Below, one piece after another: positions 55,771 to 64,000 of a DNA stretch of 64,000 bases. The stretch covers positions 18,050-82,049 of the forward strand of contig MWCA01000004.1 of NCBI GenBank assembly GCA_002069785.1, read 5' to 3'. Each line of letters opens with the position of its first letter. Position 1 is the first letter of the stretch. This DNA is from Lentisphaerae bacterium ADurb.Bin242. Its GTDB lineage: Bacteria > Verrucomicrobiota > Lentisphaeria > Victivallales > UBA1829. The notes under the pieces are model-generated. The model made no database searches and was not told where the DNA came from. It was given only the letters and a program-made list of their open reading frames with translations. Made by a program: the position numbers and the translations under genes.

Positions 55771-57801
55771 ATGAATCATGAAATGTGGATTTGGACGGAA
55801 CTTCTGGCGTTTGACCGCGAGAAGCCGGACTACGGAGTGGAAGAATATCTGGAACGGATCGGATTTCCGGTGAACGGAATTACGTTTCTGCTTTCCAGCA
55901 TGGATTTCATCCTGCTTCACGACGGCATGGAAAAAGAGCATGTCCTTTTTCCGGACGTCTGTTCGCGTCAGGGGCATGAGGAAAACGAGGAGCGCAAACG
56001 CCAGGAGTGGACGAATTACGAGCTGCGCGGCCTGATTGCCGGACTGAAGAAACACGGGATCAAAGTGTTCTGCTCCATTTTCATCCTGAACATGCACGAC
56101 CGTTACCACAAGGAATGGGGGACGGCCCATCCCGAACTCCGGATGGGCGATAAAATCCACGGGATCGACAACGCGTTTTCCATGCTGGCGCGCCTGAAAG
56201 ACGGAACCCTGTTCGAAGACTTCTTTCTCGAAAGACTTTCCAAAGTCATCCCGGACTACGATTTCGACGGCTGGCACGGGCCCGACGGGCAGGGACCGGG
56301 CTGGAACCTGACGCATTCCGACAGTTCGGACCAGTTCGTTTTCCAGTTCGCGGAATATCTCGGGGACGGGGTCCTGCCCGCCGAATTCCTGCGGGAAATG
56401 GACAACTCCGAGGCGGAAATGGCGCGAAGGCTGGACTACATCTGGAAGAACTTCAACCGCGAATGGGCGGACTTCACCTCGAAACGCTGGGTTTCTCTGT
56501 GGACGAAGGCCGCCCATGCCATGCACGCCCTGGGCCGGGAAATCATGATCAACTCGCCGTTCGCCAAATCGATCTTCGAATCCATCTTTTATTTCGGGCT
56601 GGACTACCGTGCGCTCGCCGGCGTCGGAATCGACTACGTAGTCGTGGACACGGTCTCCACAAGCATGGCGCTGATTGCGGGCGAGCCGGAAAGGATTTTC
56701 GATTACCGGGGCTCGCTGGCCGAGTTCAAAGCCTGTATGCCGGACGCCAAACTGATTTTTCTCGATCCCGTCAAAGACGTGCTGGAAAACTGGGACGCCC
56801 TGCGGCACGCCCCCGCCCGGCTCGAACGGGACACGTGGCTGCTTGCCAACGAAACGATCCTCCGGCACGGAGAACTGGTCCGATGCGCCGACGGACTCCT
56901 GACCTGTGTGGGGGATGGAATCAACCGCTATGAATGGGCCCAGCTCGGGAAGATGTATGCCAACGCCTATTCGATGGAAAGCCGTGAAAGCGGGGAGATG
57001 CTCTGGCTCTGCGATCCCGGAATTTTCGATCCGCTGCGGGACGACCACCGGAAGCACGGCACATGGCCGCCCTATCACATCGTTTCGCAGCTGGTGGAAA
57101 CACAGGGGCTCGACATCTCCAGCGCATGCACCCCGGAAAGCCTCGATTCCCTGGCGCGTCCGCTGTTGGTGCCAGGCTTCGATCTGCTGGGGGACTCCGT
57201 CAAACGGACACTTCTGTCCAAAAAGGGAATGCCGGTCGTGCTGATCGGAAACTTCCTCTCCGAAGCCGTGCCCTCGGACGCCGACGGCGTGTTCTGCACG
57301 CTTCATGACGGATACCGGATCGGATGCGTCATCCTGAACGGAACGGGTATTCGCATTCCGATGGAACCGGCGGAAGGACTTCCTGAATTCAGCTGGCTGG
57401 AATACAACCGTTTTGTCCGCAACCGCTGTCCGCGGATGAGCATCCCGGAAGCCTTCTGGGATGCCGCCGGCAAACTGATCCGCTCCCGTCTGCCGGAAAG
57501 CCCCCTGCGCAACGGCGGCAAAGGCATCCGCATGGCGCGGCTGAAAAACGCTTCCGGCGTCGAACAGATCGCTTTGTATTCCACGAAGGAGATCTATACG
57601 ACGCCCGAATACAGTCTGCCGGAGGGCGTCCGCATCCGGAAACGGTGCGGGTTTCCCTTCTCTCCCTTCGAGAGAAGGGGCGGGCGGCTTTCCCTGCCGG
57701 ATTCCCGCTGGAAAATCTGCATTCCGCCGTTTGGAATGATTCTTTTTGAAACCGATTCAACCAATGGAAACAACGACGTTTCACAAGGGAGAGAACCATG
57801 A
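55771..57801 (+). CDS. hypothetical protein (676 aa, no signal peptide), possibly a glycoside-hydrolase-like TIM barrel
   Basis: MNHEMWIWTELLAFDREKPDYG...GLKKHGIKVFCSIF...DFDGWHGPDGQGPGW. The amino-acid composition is protein-like, unlike the antisense ORF 55729..57306. Confidence 0.7.
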   Translation: MNHEMWIWTELLAFDREKPDYGVEEYLERIGFPVNGITFLLSSMDFILLHDGMEKEHVLFPDVCSRQGHEENEERKRQEWTNYELRGLIAGLKKHGIKVFCSIFILNMHDRYHKEWGTAHPELRMGDKIHGIDNAFSMLARLKDGTLFEDFFLERLSKVIPDYDFDGWHGPDGQGPGWNLTHSDSSDQFVFQFAEYLGDGVLPAEFLREMDNSEAEMARRLDYIWKNFNREWADFTSKRWVSLWTKAAHAMHALGREIMINSPFAKSIFESIFYFGLDYRALAGVGIDYVVVDTVSTSMALIAGEPERIFDYRGSLAEFKACMPDAKLIFLDPVKDVLENWDALRHAPARLERDTWLLANETILRHGELVRCADGLLTCVGDGINRYEWAQLGKMYANAYSMESRESGEMLWLCDPGIFDPLRDDHRKHGTWPPYHIVSQLVETQGLDISSACTPESLDSLARPLLVPGFDLLGDSVKRTLLSKKGMPVVLIGNFLSEAVPSDADGVFCTLHDGYRIGCVILNGTGIRIPMEPAEGLPEFSWLEYNRFVRNRCPRMSIPEAFWDAAGKLIRSRLPESPLRNGGKGIRMARLKNASGVEQIALYSTKEIYTTPEYSLPEGVRIRKRCGFPFSPFERRGGRLSLPDSRWKICIPPFGMILFETDSTNGNNDVSQGREP

Positions 57802-58625
57802 AAATTCAACTGATGGCCGCAGGGCTTATGGTATGGCTGGGGATGTGCGTCGGACAGGAAATCCGGCTGGATACGCCGGGAGCATGGCGCAAGGGAGAAG
57901 GAAATCTTGTGAAGACGTCCGATGGTTCCCTGCGTGTGAGCGGAACCATGTTGTTCGCCGCGATGGACCCGGTGCCGGTATCGGCCCGGAAAAGTTATAC
58001 GTTCCGGCTGAAGGTCCGTCAGGCGGATGGTTCGCCCGTGTCGAGCTTTTACTTCGGCCTGATCCCGCTGAACGATGAGGGTGTTTCCATTTCCATGAAT
58101 ACGGCGACGATCGTAAGGAAGACGGAAGGCGAACTCGCCGCCGGGGTGAATGCCGGAGACGCCGTGGTCAAAATCAAACCGGTCGAGGCAAAACGCTGGG
58201 CCGTTTATCCCGGCGGAGTGGTTTGTTTCGGCGCCCGCGACGACTTATGCGATCTGCCGAACCGTCAGGTCACTTCGCCGATGAAATCCATCGTGGATCG
58301 GAACGGCGTCCTTGAAGTCACCTTCAAATCCGACATCCAGTACAAATTTCCCGCCGGAACGAAAGTGCGAATCCAGATCGGGAGCGGCCGTTACCTCTAC
58401 ACCGGTTCCGCGGACAAGCTTTCCCGGGACTGGAAAGAGTACTCGGGCACGGTTCAAGGGCTCCTGCCTCCGGGAGAATGGGACGGAAAGAGCTTTCCGC
58501 ACGGAACCGCGTATGCGCAGCCGTTCCTGATGGTGAACTGGAACCGGAAGGAAGCCGCCCTTGAACTCAAGGATTTGCAGTTGAAAGTGGAGCCGGCGAA
58601 TGCCTCCGGTTCCGTGCAAAAGTAA
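57798..58625 (+). CDS. secreted hypothetical protein, CBM-like; paralog of 43508..44344
   Basis: The signal peptide is MKIQLMAAGLMVWLGMCVG. Its start forms an ATGA overlap with the preceding gene. Motif order is shared with 43508..44344 (DLPN, FP.GT.VR, W.E..GT..G, a final KV/KI acidic tail). Confidence 0.7.
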   Translation: MKIQLMAAGLMVWLGMCVGQEIRLDTPGAWRKGEGNLVKTSDGSLRVSGTMLFAAMDPVPVSARKSYTFRLKVRQADGSPVSSFYFGLIPLNDEGVSISMNTATIVRKTEGELAAGVNAGDAVVKIKPVEAKRWAVYPGGVVCFGARDDLCDLPNRQVTSPMKSIVDRNGVLEVTFKSDIQYKFPAGTKVRIQIGSGRYLYTGSADKLSRDWKEYSGTVQGLLPPGEWDGKSFPHGTAYAQPFLMVNWNRKEAALELKDLQLKVEPANASGSVQK

Positions 58626-58734
58626 GACAGAACAGCAACACGCGTCCCGGATATTTTCGGACTCCGATGCCGGATGCACGAAAACGCTTTCCGTGACACC
58701 GGATGAAAATTTTTGATTTTTTTTCATTGCGGTA

Positions 58735-58762
58735 TTGACAATCTATCCGATTATGGTATAAT
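58735..58762 (+). promoter_or_regulatory. near-perfect sigma-70 promoter with an extended -10 element
   Basis: TTGACA at 58735-58740, a 16-nt spacer ending in TGG, then TATAAT at 58757-58762. It lies 26 nt upstream of the ATG at 58788. Confidence 0.55.
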
Positions 58763-58787
58763 ATAATTAAACCAAATATCGGAAGTT

Positions 58788-59216
58788 ATGGAAAAATCAA
58801 CGAAAAAAGACCAGAAAGCCAAGCTGCGGAAGAATCTCCTGACGCTCATCAACGAGTATTCTCTGGCGGGCCGGCTTCCTTCGGAACGCGATCTGGCGGC
58901 TACCTTGGGAGTCACCCGTTATCTGCAAAGCCGGGATTTTCTTCTCGGTAAACTGATTGAAGCCGGATGTTCCCGGATTGCCTATGTTGCCATCGATTCA
59001 TGTTACCGGGACTCTCTCAAACGCGCGCTTTCGTCCCTGGGGGTTGAGTGGGACGATTCCATGTGGGTCAGCAATGTGGCGGATATTGATGAAAAACTGT
59101 CGGGGATTTTCCGGGCCGCCGGACCGGATACAGAACAGTTTCTTTTCCGTCGCATCCGTACAAAAGAAGTGGAGCCGGGGAAAAACAATCAGGGTGAAGA
59201 AGTCGCCCGGCCTTGA
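58788..59216 (+). pseudogene. probable remnant of a GntR-HTH/PBP hybrid regulator (142 aa with an internal deletion and C-terminal truncation)
   Basis: RLPSERDLAATLGVTR is the first half of a GntR HTH. The sequence then jumps directly into a PBP-like segment (LGKLIEAGCSRIAYVAIDS...LSSLGVEW). That segment aligns with the middle of the 355-aa regulator at 46923..47990 (LVKCGYTRIYFIQAEN...MKRNGM). Confidence 0.45.
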
Positions 59217-59276
59217 CCGGGCCGCCAGCCCTCGTTCTTTCCCCGGCACAGTTCCAAGTCCCTAAGAAAACGGATC

Positions 59277-62240
59277 TTAATGTCCAGCGCTTGATCCGGA
59301 TTTCTTCTTCGGAAGAATTTCTTTTGTCGATACCGATACCCGGACTTCCTTCACGCAGAGCCGGGATTCTTTGTCCACCCCGAAAAACGGCCGGAAATCC
59401 GTGACGACCTCGTTTTTCGTGTCGGGAACCGGAATGGAAACGATGTAATCCGCGGATTTCTCCGTCAGCGTAATCCGGCGGTTCTGAAACACCGGTCCCC
59501 CCCGGGGGGAATCCGGGAAATGCGAATATCCGATGAGCCCGGCAAACGCCGTCCCTTTCCCGTATGCGCCGATCAATTGGATCGTGACGGTGTTGAGCGA
59601 AGAAACGGGAAAAGTCCGGGATGAAAAAAGATAGGTGAGGGCCGGCGGATCCGTGGACAGGCGCAGGCCGGCGGAAGTCGATTCGATCTTCGTATTCTTT
59701 GCAGCGGCGTTCAGCGGATACCAGTATTTGCGCACATCAAAAGACTCCGTGAATACGCTGGAAACCTCCTTCACCCCGGGAGCCCCCCCCGCAAGCCGGA
59801 CACGCCCCATCCGGTAGATTCCTTCCAGATACGAATCCGTGAAGAGCGGACTCCATGACAGATTCGGAGCTTCGCATCTTGTCCGCAGGATGTTCATGAA
59901 GAAGGAGTCCCCAGAACCCGTCTTCCGGTCCGGAATGAGCCTGTCCAGCGGCAGGGCAAGGAGAAAACTCCAGTCTTTTCCGCACTCATTGGAGAGGAGC
60001 TTTGCCCCGATGTCGCTGCGCCCGGTTCTGACCACTCCGTTGACCGTCTCGCTGCGATAATTTTCCACAAGCCCGGCGGGCGTGACCAAAAGATGGTTGT
60101 AAGGCATTTGCCTCTGTGCTGCAAGGAAGATTTCCACGTTGTTACGCCACTTATCGTCAGACATCTTTCCGGAACGGATGTTTCTCTCATGAAATCCGAC
60201 ATACAGGAAGGAACTGTCATGAGCCATGGAAATCTCTATATCGTCATTTCCCGCCTCATTGTCCAGGGTTCTCAGCCGGACCGGCTGGCCGGGAAACACC
60301 GTCCGTGCCATTTTCGGAGAGGCCGGGTCGGCATTTCCGACCTCGGGGACAAAGCACTCCGGAGTCGGGACTTTTCGCAGGAGCTCGCGTTTCTCGAAAT
60401 CCTTGCGTCCCTCCATCATCTGCCGGTGAATTGTTCTGTCGAACCATTCAAGCCGCTTTTCCGCCGGAGTTCCCTTCGCCTTCCTCTGCGCCGTCCGGAA
60501 AAGCGCATCCAGCGCGGCAAGCCGGGAAGGGGTTCCAAGGGACCAGTTCACGGCCTCCTTCTGCATGTAAAGCATATAGGCGGTGTCCGGCCGGACCGGG
60601 ATCATTCCGGCATAAGAATCCGACCAGAATGCTTTGTTTATAATGGTAAAGTATTCCTTCATCTCATCGGCGGCAGGGCCGTAATACAGGGGATAGAACT
60701 CATCCAGAGCTTTTTTCCCATCGATCGAGGGATCGTCGCAAACCTTGGCCGCAAAGTACGCTTCAAGGAAATTGTACTGAACAAAAATCTCGCCGAACCA
60801 GCCCCGGATTCCGTCCTTCGCGAATTTCTTGAAAATGTCGATCGTCTGAGCCGGATAAAAAGACGGGAAGAACTTATGATAAGCGTTATGTCCGTTGGCC
60901 TCGAAGGCTGGACTCAGCATATATGTCCAGAGGAAAAGTTCTCCGTCCTTTTTCGCATAGTTTTCCAGCCAGGAGTCATAAATCTTCATCGCCTCCTCCC
61001 GGAACTTCGGATGGTAGAACCCCTGGACTCCGATGCAGAGCTGCACCGTGACGTTTTTCGCGATGGAGAGGTCGGGATACCACGGGACCCCGTATGCCAA
61101 GGTCGCGATCCCGATTTCCGGATGCTTCTTCGCGGCTTCGCCCGCAACGGAATTCACCCATGCGAAATGATAACGGACTTTTCTTTCGAGTTCGCTTTTA
61201 TCCTTCCAACAGTTCATCAGCGAGGCGCAGTTTCCGCACAGGCAGATCAAGTGGTTGTCATCCTCCTGGATCATGTACGTGAACCGGCAGCCGGGAAGCT
61301 TTCTGGGAGAGAAAGGAGCCCCCTTCACCGGCTTTCCCTCATAAAAGGAAACCGCTTCCTCCGCATAATAGCGGATCGTTTCCGGATTCGTCTGGCACAG
61401 TTGCGGCGGCAAGTCCGGGTCATCCGGCCAATGCCACTTCCGAAGGCCCATCGGAGCGAACTTTCCCTGATACCCCTGCGCAAAAAGTTCGGGACGGCTC
61501 CGGATGAAAAGGTCCGCGTAGTACTTTGAGGCGGAGGGTTTCCAGTAACGGAAATAAATGCTGAAAGTGTTGTGGTTGACCTGTCCGTAAAGAATGTTGG
61601 CGCGCCAGCGCAGAAGAGTGAGGTGCTTATCCCGTGCGGAAAACCCGTGCCGCTCGCCTCCTGACCAGTTCGGATAACGCATGGCTTCCATGAAGGGATG
61701 TCGACGGATATTGTACGGCTGTACTATGAGAGTCGGGTTTTTCCGGAAAGCAATCCCCATATCTCCCGGCTGATAGAAACGTACTCCGCAACACTTCTCC
61801 AGGAAATCATAAACCGCATAAAGGGTCGAGTGCAAGTCGTATTGACAGGACGGAAAGGTTTTCTCGTCGGAATAGGAAACGGTTCCGAAATCCGGGAGAT
61901 CGTTTCCGACCATGGCGATCCAGTCCAGCCCGAACTTCAATTCGTATTCTTCCCGGCTGAAACCCTTCGGATCAATTCCGGACATTTCCGTGAAGGAGGA
62001 ATTCCCCACGAAGATTTTCAGCCCGGACGCCGGCAGCTTTCCTTTCAGGATTGGAAGTTCCGCTCCGGTTATAAGCTGGACGACATGCCGGAGTTCATAC
62101 GCTCCCAGCTGTGCCGCCCGGGTCGGTTTTTCCGCAAGGACAATGGACGCCTCCGTTTTGCCGTCCATTACCAGCGAATAGTCCGTGGCCGAAACCGCTG
62201 AGGAAAGAATCGCCATCCAAGTCAAACACAAACGCAACAT
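59277..62240 (-). CDS. secreted DUF4838-like putative glycoside hydrolase with C-terminal beta-sandwich/CBM-like extensions (987 aa)
   Basis: Trimmed to the ATG at 62240, with GGGAGG 4 nt upstream (MLRLCLTWMAILSSAVSA). STLYAVYDFLEKCCGVRFYQPG parallels the motif in 44359..46176. Confidence 0.8.
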   Translation of the reverse strand: MLRLCLTWMAILSSAVSATDYSLVMDGKTEASIVLAEKPTRAAQLGAYELRHVVQLITGAELPILKGKLPASGLKIFVGNSSFTEMSGIDPKGFSREEYELKFGLDWIAMVGNDLPDFGTVSYSDEKTFPSCQYDLHSTLYAVYDFLEKCCGVRFYQPGDMGIAFRKNPTLIVQPYNIRRHPFMEAMRYPNWSGGERHGFSARDKHLTLLRWRANILYGQVNHNTFSIYFRYWKPSASKYYADLFIRSRPELFAQGYQGKFAPMGLRKWHWPDDPDLPPQLCQTNPETIRYYAEEAVSFYEGKPVKGAPFSPRKLPGCRFTYMIQEDDNHLICLCGNCASLMNCWKDKSELERKVRYHFAWVNSVAGEAAKKHPEIGIATLAYGVPWYPDLSIAKNVTVQLCIGVQGFYHPKFREEAMKIYDSWLENYAKKDGELFLWTYMLSPAFEANGHNAYHKFFPSFYPAQTIDIFKKFAKDGIRGWFGEIFVQYNFLEAYFAAKVCDDPSIDGKKALDEFYPLYYGPAADEMKEYFTIINKAFWSDSYAGMIPVRPDTAYMLYMQKEAVNWSLGTPSRLAALDALFRTAQRKAKGTPAEKRLEWFDRTIHRQMMEGRKDFEKRELLRKVPTPECFVPEVGNADPASPKMARTVFPGQPVRLRTLDNEAGNDDIEISMAHDSSFLYVGFHERNIRSGKMSDDKWRNNVEIFLAAQRQMPYNHLLVTPAGLVENYRSETVNGVVRTGRSDIGAKLLSNECGKDWSFLLALPLDRLIPDRKTGSGDSFFMNILRTRCEAPNLSWSPLFTDSYLEGIYRMGRVRLAGGAPGVKEVSSVFTESFDVRKYWYPLNAAAKNTKIESTSAGLRLSTDPPALTYLFSSRTFPVSSLNTVTIQLIGAYGKGTAFAGLIGYSHFPDSPRGGPVFQNRRITLTEKSADYIVSIPVPDTKNEVVTDFRPFFGVDKESRLCVKEVRVSVSTKEILPKKKSGSSAGH

Positions 62241-62364
62241 GCTGCCTCCCAAATCGTTTTTATACGGATACTTGCAGAGATCCACCCGCAGGACCTCCTG
62301 TCTCCAGCCTTGTTTTTCACATTCATTCCGCGCTTCCCGCTTCCGGACTGCTCTGGATACCGGA

Positions 62365-63063
62365 TCACATGTTGAAATTCGGGATCAGGATATCGGAAGC
62401 AAAAACAGTGTTCAGGATTTTTCCTCCCCAATACCCCGATGCCGGAAAAGAGCCCGCCTTTCTGGATTCGGAATGACCGTCGTTGAAGAGGACAGTCGCA
62501 TAAAGGCTGTGCCGGCTGAAGCACGGGGCATGCGCCACATTCTTGGCCCCCACGTATGTTTCCGGATGTTTCCCGTTTTCGATCAGCATGTATGACTGGG
62601 AGGGACTCTTCAGGTCAGAGAAACGGAGATAGTCCCGCGAGGCCCCGTTATTTTTGAGCGAATCTGCGAAAAGATATGGGTTCAGGCCGTAGTAAACATG
62701 CCTGTCGTTGTAGTCCAGAGAGAACAGCGGAGGCGGAATCAGCGGACACTGAAAAACACGGAAATAAGCGGAAGTGCTGGTCGACCCGGACCGGATATAT
62801 GTGACAAGAAGATCGTTGAAATAATAAGCTTTCGCGGGATTGGAAAACCTGCCTGCCAGATGTCCTCCGTTGTCGCTTGCATAGAGGATCTGTGCTTTCC
62901 CGATTTGAATGGAGTTGTTCATGCATGAAATCTTCTGAGCGACGGCACGGGCCTTCTGCAGCGCCGGCAGCAGCAACCCCGCAAGAATGGCAATGATTGC
63001 TATAACGATCAGGAGCTCGATCAGTGTGAATGGAGACATTTGTCCGGTTTTCATTTCATTCAT
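62365..63063 (-). CDS. prepilin-type N-terminal cleavage/methylation domain protein (pseudopilin-like)
   Basis: [47 protein letters not shown]. Confidence 0.85.
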   Translation of the reverse strand: MNEMKTGQMSPFTLIELLIVIAIIAILAGLLLPALQKARAVAQKISCMNNSIQIGKAQILYASDNGGHLAGRFSNPAKAYYFNDLLVTYIRSGSTSTSAYFRVFQCPLIPPPLFSLDYNDRHVYYGLNPYLFADSLKNNGASRDYLRFSDLKSPSQSYMLIENGKHPETYVGAKNVAHAPCFSRHSLYATVLFNDGHSESRKAGSFPASGYWGGKILNTVFASDILIPNFNM

Positions 63064-64000
63064 GGCGCAGAATCCTTTTGTTGTTGATGAAGTTCACATC
63101 GAGTTTTTCCTTAAGTTTGGGATGATCACATGGCGGAATCGCAGACTCCCCCTTGATGAATTTTGCTTCGAAAAAGCACGTAAAGTCGGAGGTATGCTGC
63201 TCCGAGCCTTTCGTGAAAAGGTATTTCAGCATGGCTTGCACCGTTTTCTCCGCCGGGACCTCCCTCAGACAGGTGAACCTTGGCGTACGCTCAAAAAGGA
63301 AACTGCCGTCTCCGTAAACAATCATCGAGATATCCTCGGGAATTCGGACACCCGCACGAAGCAGGGCGGACTCCGTAAGGATTGCCACGGACGGATCGAC
63401 ACAACAAAGCGCGGTCGGCAGGGTACTCCTGAGAAAATCCAGAAATTCGACCGCATTGAAATTCTTGCGGAAGACCTGCCGCGGACCGCACCGGAGTCCG
63501 TGCCGCTTCATCCCCTCCAGAAATCCCCTGTAGCGAAGAATGGTTGTCTCATGCACGCATTCGCCGCAGGCAAAGGCAATACGCCGATGCCCCAGGTCAT
63601 GCAGATAATCAACCATCTTGCCCATATTCAGGACATTGTCACTGTCGACAACCGGAAAATCCAGAAACCGCTGGATCGAATCGTTGAAAATCATTTTCAT
63701 TCCGTAACGCCGGGCAATCCCAGCCAACCGGGAGCAGTCCGGCTCCTTGTTACAGTAGCAGATGACATATTGAATCTGATTCGCATTGATCTCCCGGAAA
63801 ATCTGCTCGAAGTCCGTGCCACAGTAGACCCTCACCCCGTATCCGGCCTGATTGACAGCCCGGATGGACTGAAACAGATAGCTCTGATAGGAATAGTTGT
63901 AAGGATTCACATCGACGGTGATGGCAGCGATCGTGGAGGTGTTGATTCCCTTGCGGATGGTGGCCGCGGAGATGTTGGTTTGATATCCCATTTCGGCGGC
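63056..64000 (-). CDS. LacI family transcriptional regulator, partial (the N-terminal HTH lies beyond the window end)
   Basis: The frame stays open through 64000 (..[31 protein letters not shown]). This is the LacI hinge (elgY.pN..Ar.L) and is followed by a PBP domain. Confidence 0.8.
   Translation of the reverse strand, partial: AAEMGYQTNISAATIRKGINTSTIAAITVDVNPYNYSYQSYLFQSIRAVNQAGYGVRVYCGTDFEQIFREINANQIQYVICYCNKEPDCSRLAGIARRYGMKMIFNDSIQRFLDFPVVDSDNVLNMGKMVDYLHDLGHRRIAFACGECVHETTILRYRGFLEGMKRHGLRCGPRQVFRKNFNAVEFLDFLRSTLPTALCCVDPSVAILTESALLRAGVRIPEDISMIVYGDGSFLFERTPRFTCLREVPAEKTVQAMLKYLFTKGSEQHTSDFTCFFEAKFIKGESAIPPCDHPKLKEKLDVNFINNKRILRHE

Noticed and set aside
55729-57306. A 525-aa minus-strand ORF opposite 55771..57801.
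   Set aside because: Its R/G/V/H/D-rich composition is typical of antisense frames. The plus-strand ORF is longer, fits the operon direction and overlaps the next gene by ATGA.
60093-61529. A 478-aa plus-strand ORF inside the 987-aa DUF4838-like gene.
   Set aside because: It is an antisense shadow. The minus-strand gene shares motifs with its paralog at 44359..46176 and has a GGGAGG RBS and a signal peptide.

Overview
This is a 64-kb chromosomal window from a high-G+C Gram-negative genome. Core genes sit at roughly 60% G+C or more by hand counts of sample stretches. The organism is probably a PVC-group bacterium (Lentisphaerota, Verrucomicrobiota or Kiritimatiellota-like). That inference rests only on five prepilin-type FTLIELL proteins embedded in glycan-degradation loci, and I cannot verify it here. 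I support about 55 protein genes. I recognised no rRNA, tRNA, CRISPR array, transposase or integrase. Layout: (i) 1-5.3 kb holds a kinase-like gene plus a mini-locus of AraC regulator, pilin-like protein and secreted hydrolase. (ii) 5.5-20 kb holds core and envelope genes: TolC-like protein, rfbA, rfbB, standalone coaC, gmk, glycerate kinase, Fe-ADH, an epimerase, a DUF362-ferredoxin protein, cmk fused to a thioesterase, a nitroreductase and a large ORFan. (iii) 20.1-23.4 kb is a sharply lower-G+C island of 4-5 tightly packed ORFan genes. Two adjacent genes in it share a duplicated 57-bp 5' module, and another gene is compositionally chimeric. This is my top candidate for an undescribed system. 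(iv) 23.5-40 kb holds core genes: a GT-C/TPR membrane protein, PP2C phosphatase, valS, lptF/G-type permease, DAHP synthase, hisS, HU/IHF, mfd, rpoD with a roughly 300-aa Lys/Pro/Ala-rich repeat extension, rpsU (absent from the ORF track) and a split chrA pair. (v) 40-64 kb holds three back-to-back loci, each combining a regulator, a pilin-like protein and large secreted or cytoplasmic glycoside-hydrolase-like proteins. These loci encode no recognisable transporter. Their recurrent architecture is the second candidate for a poorly described system. Many long ORFs in the track are antisense shadows of real genes and were rejected.
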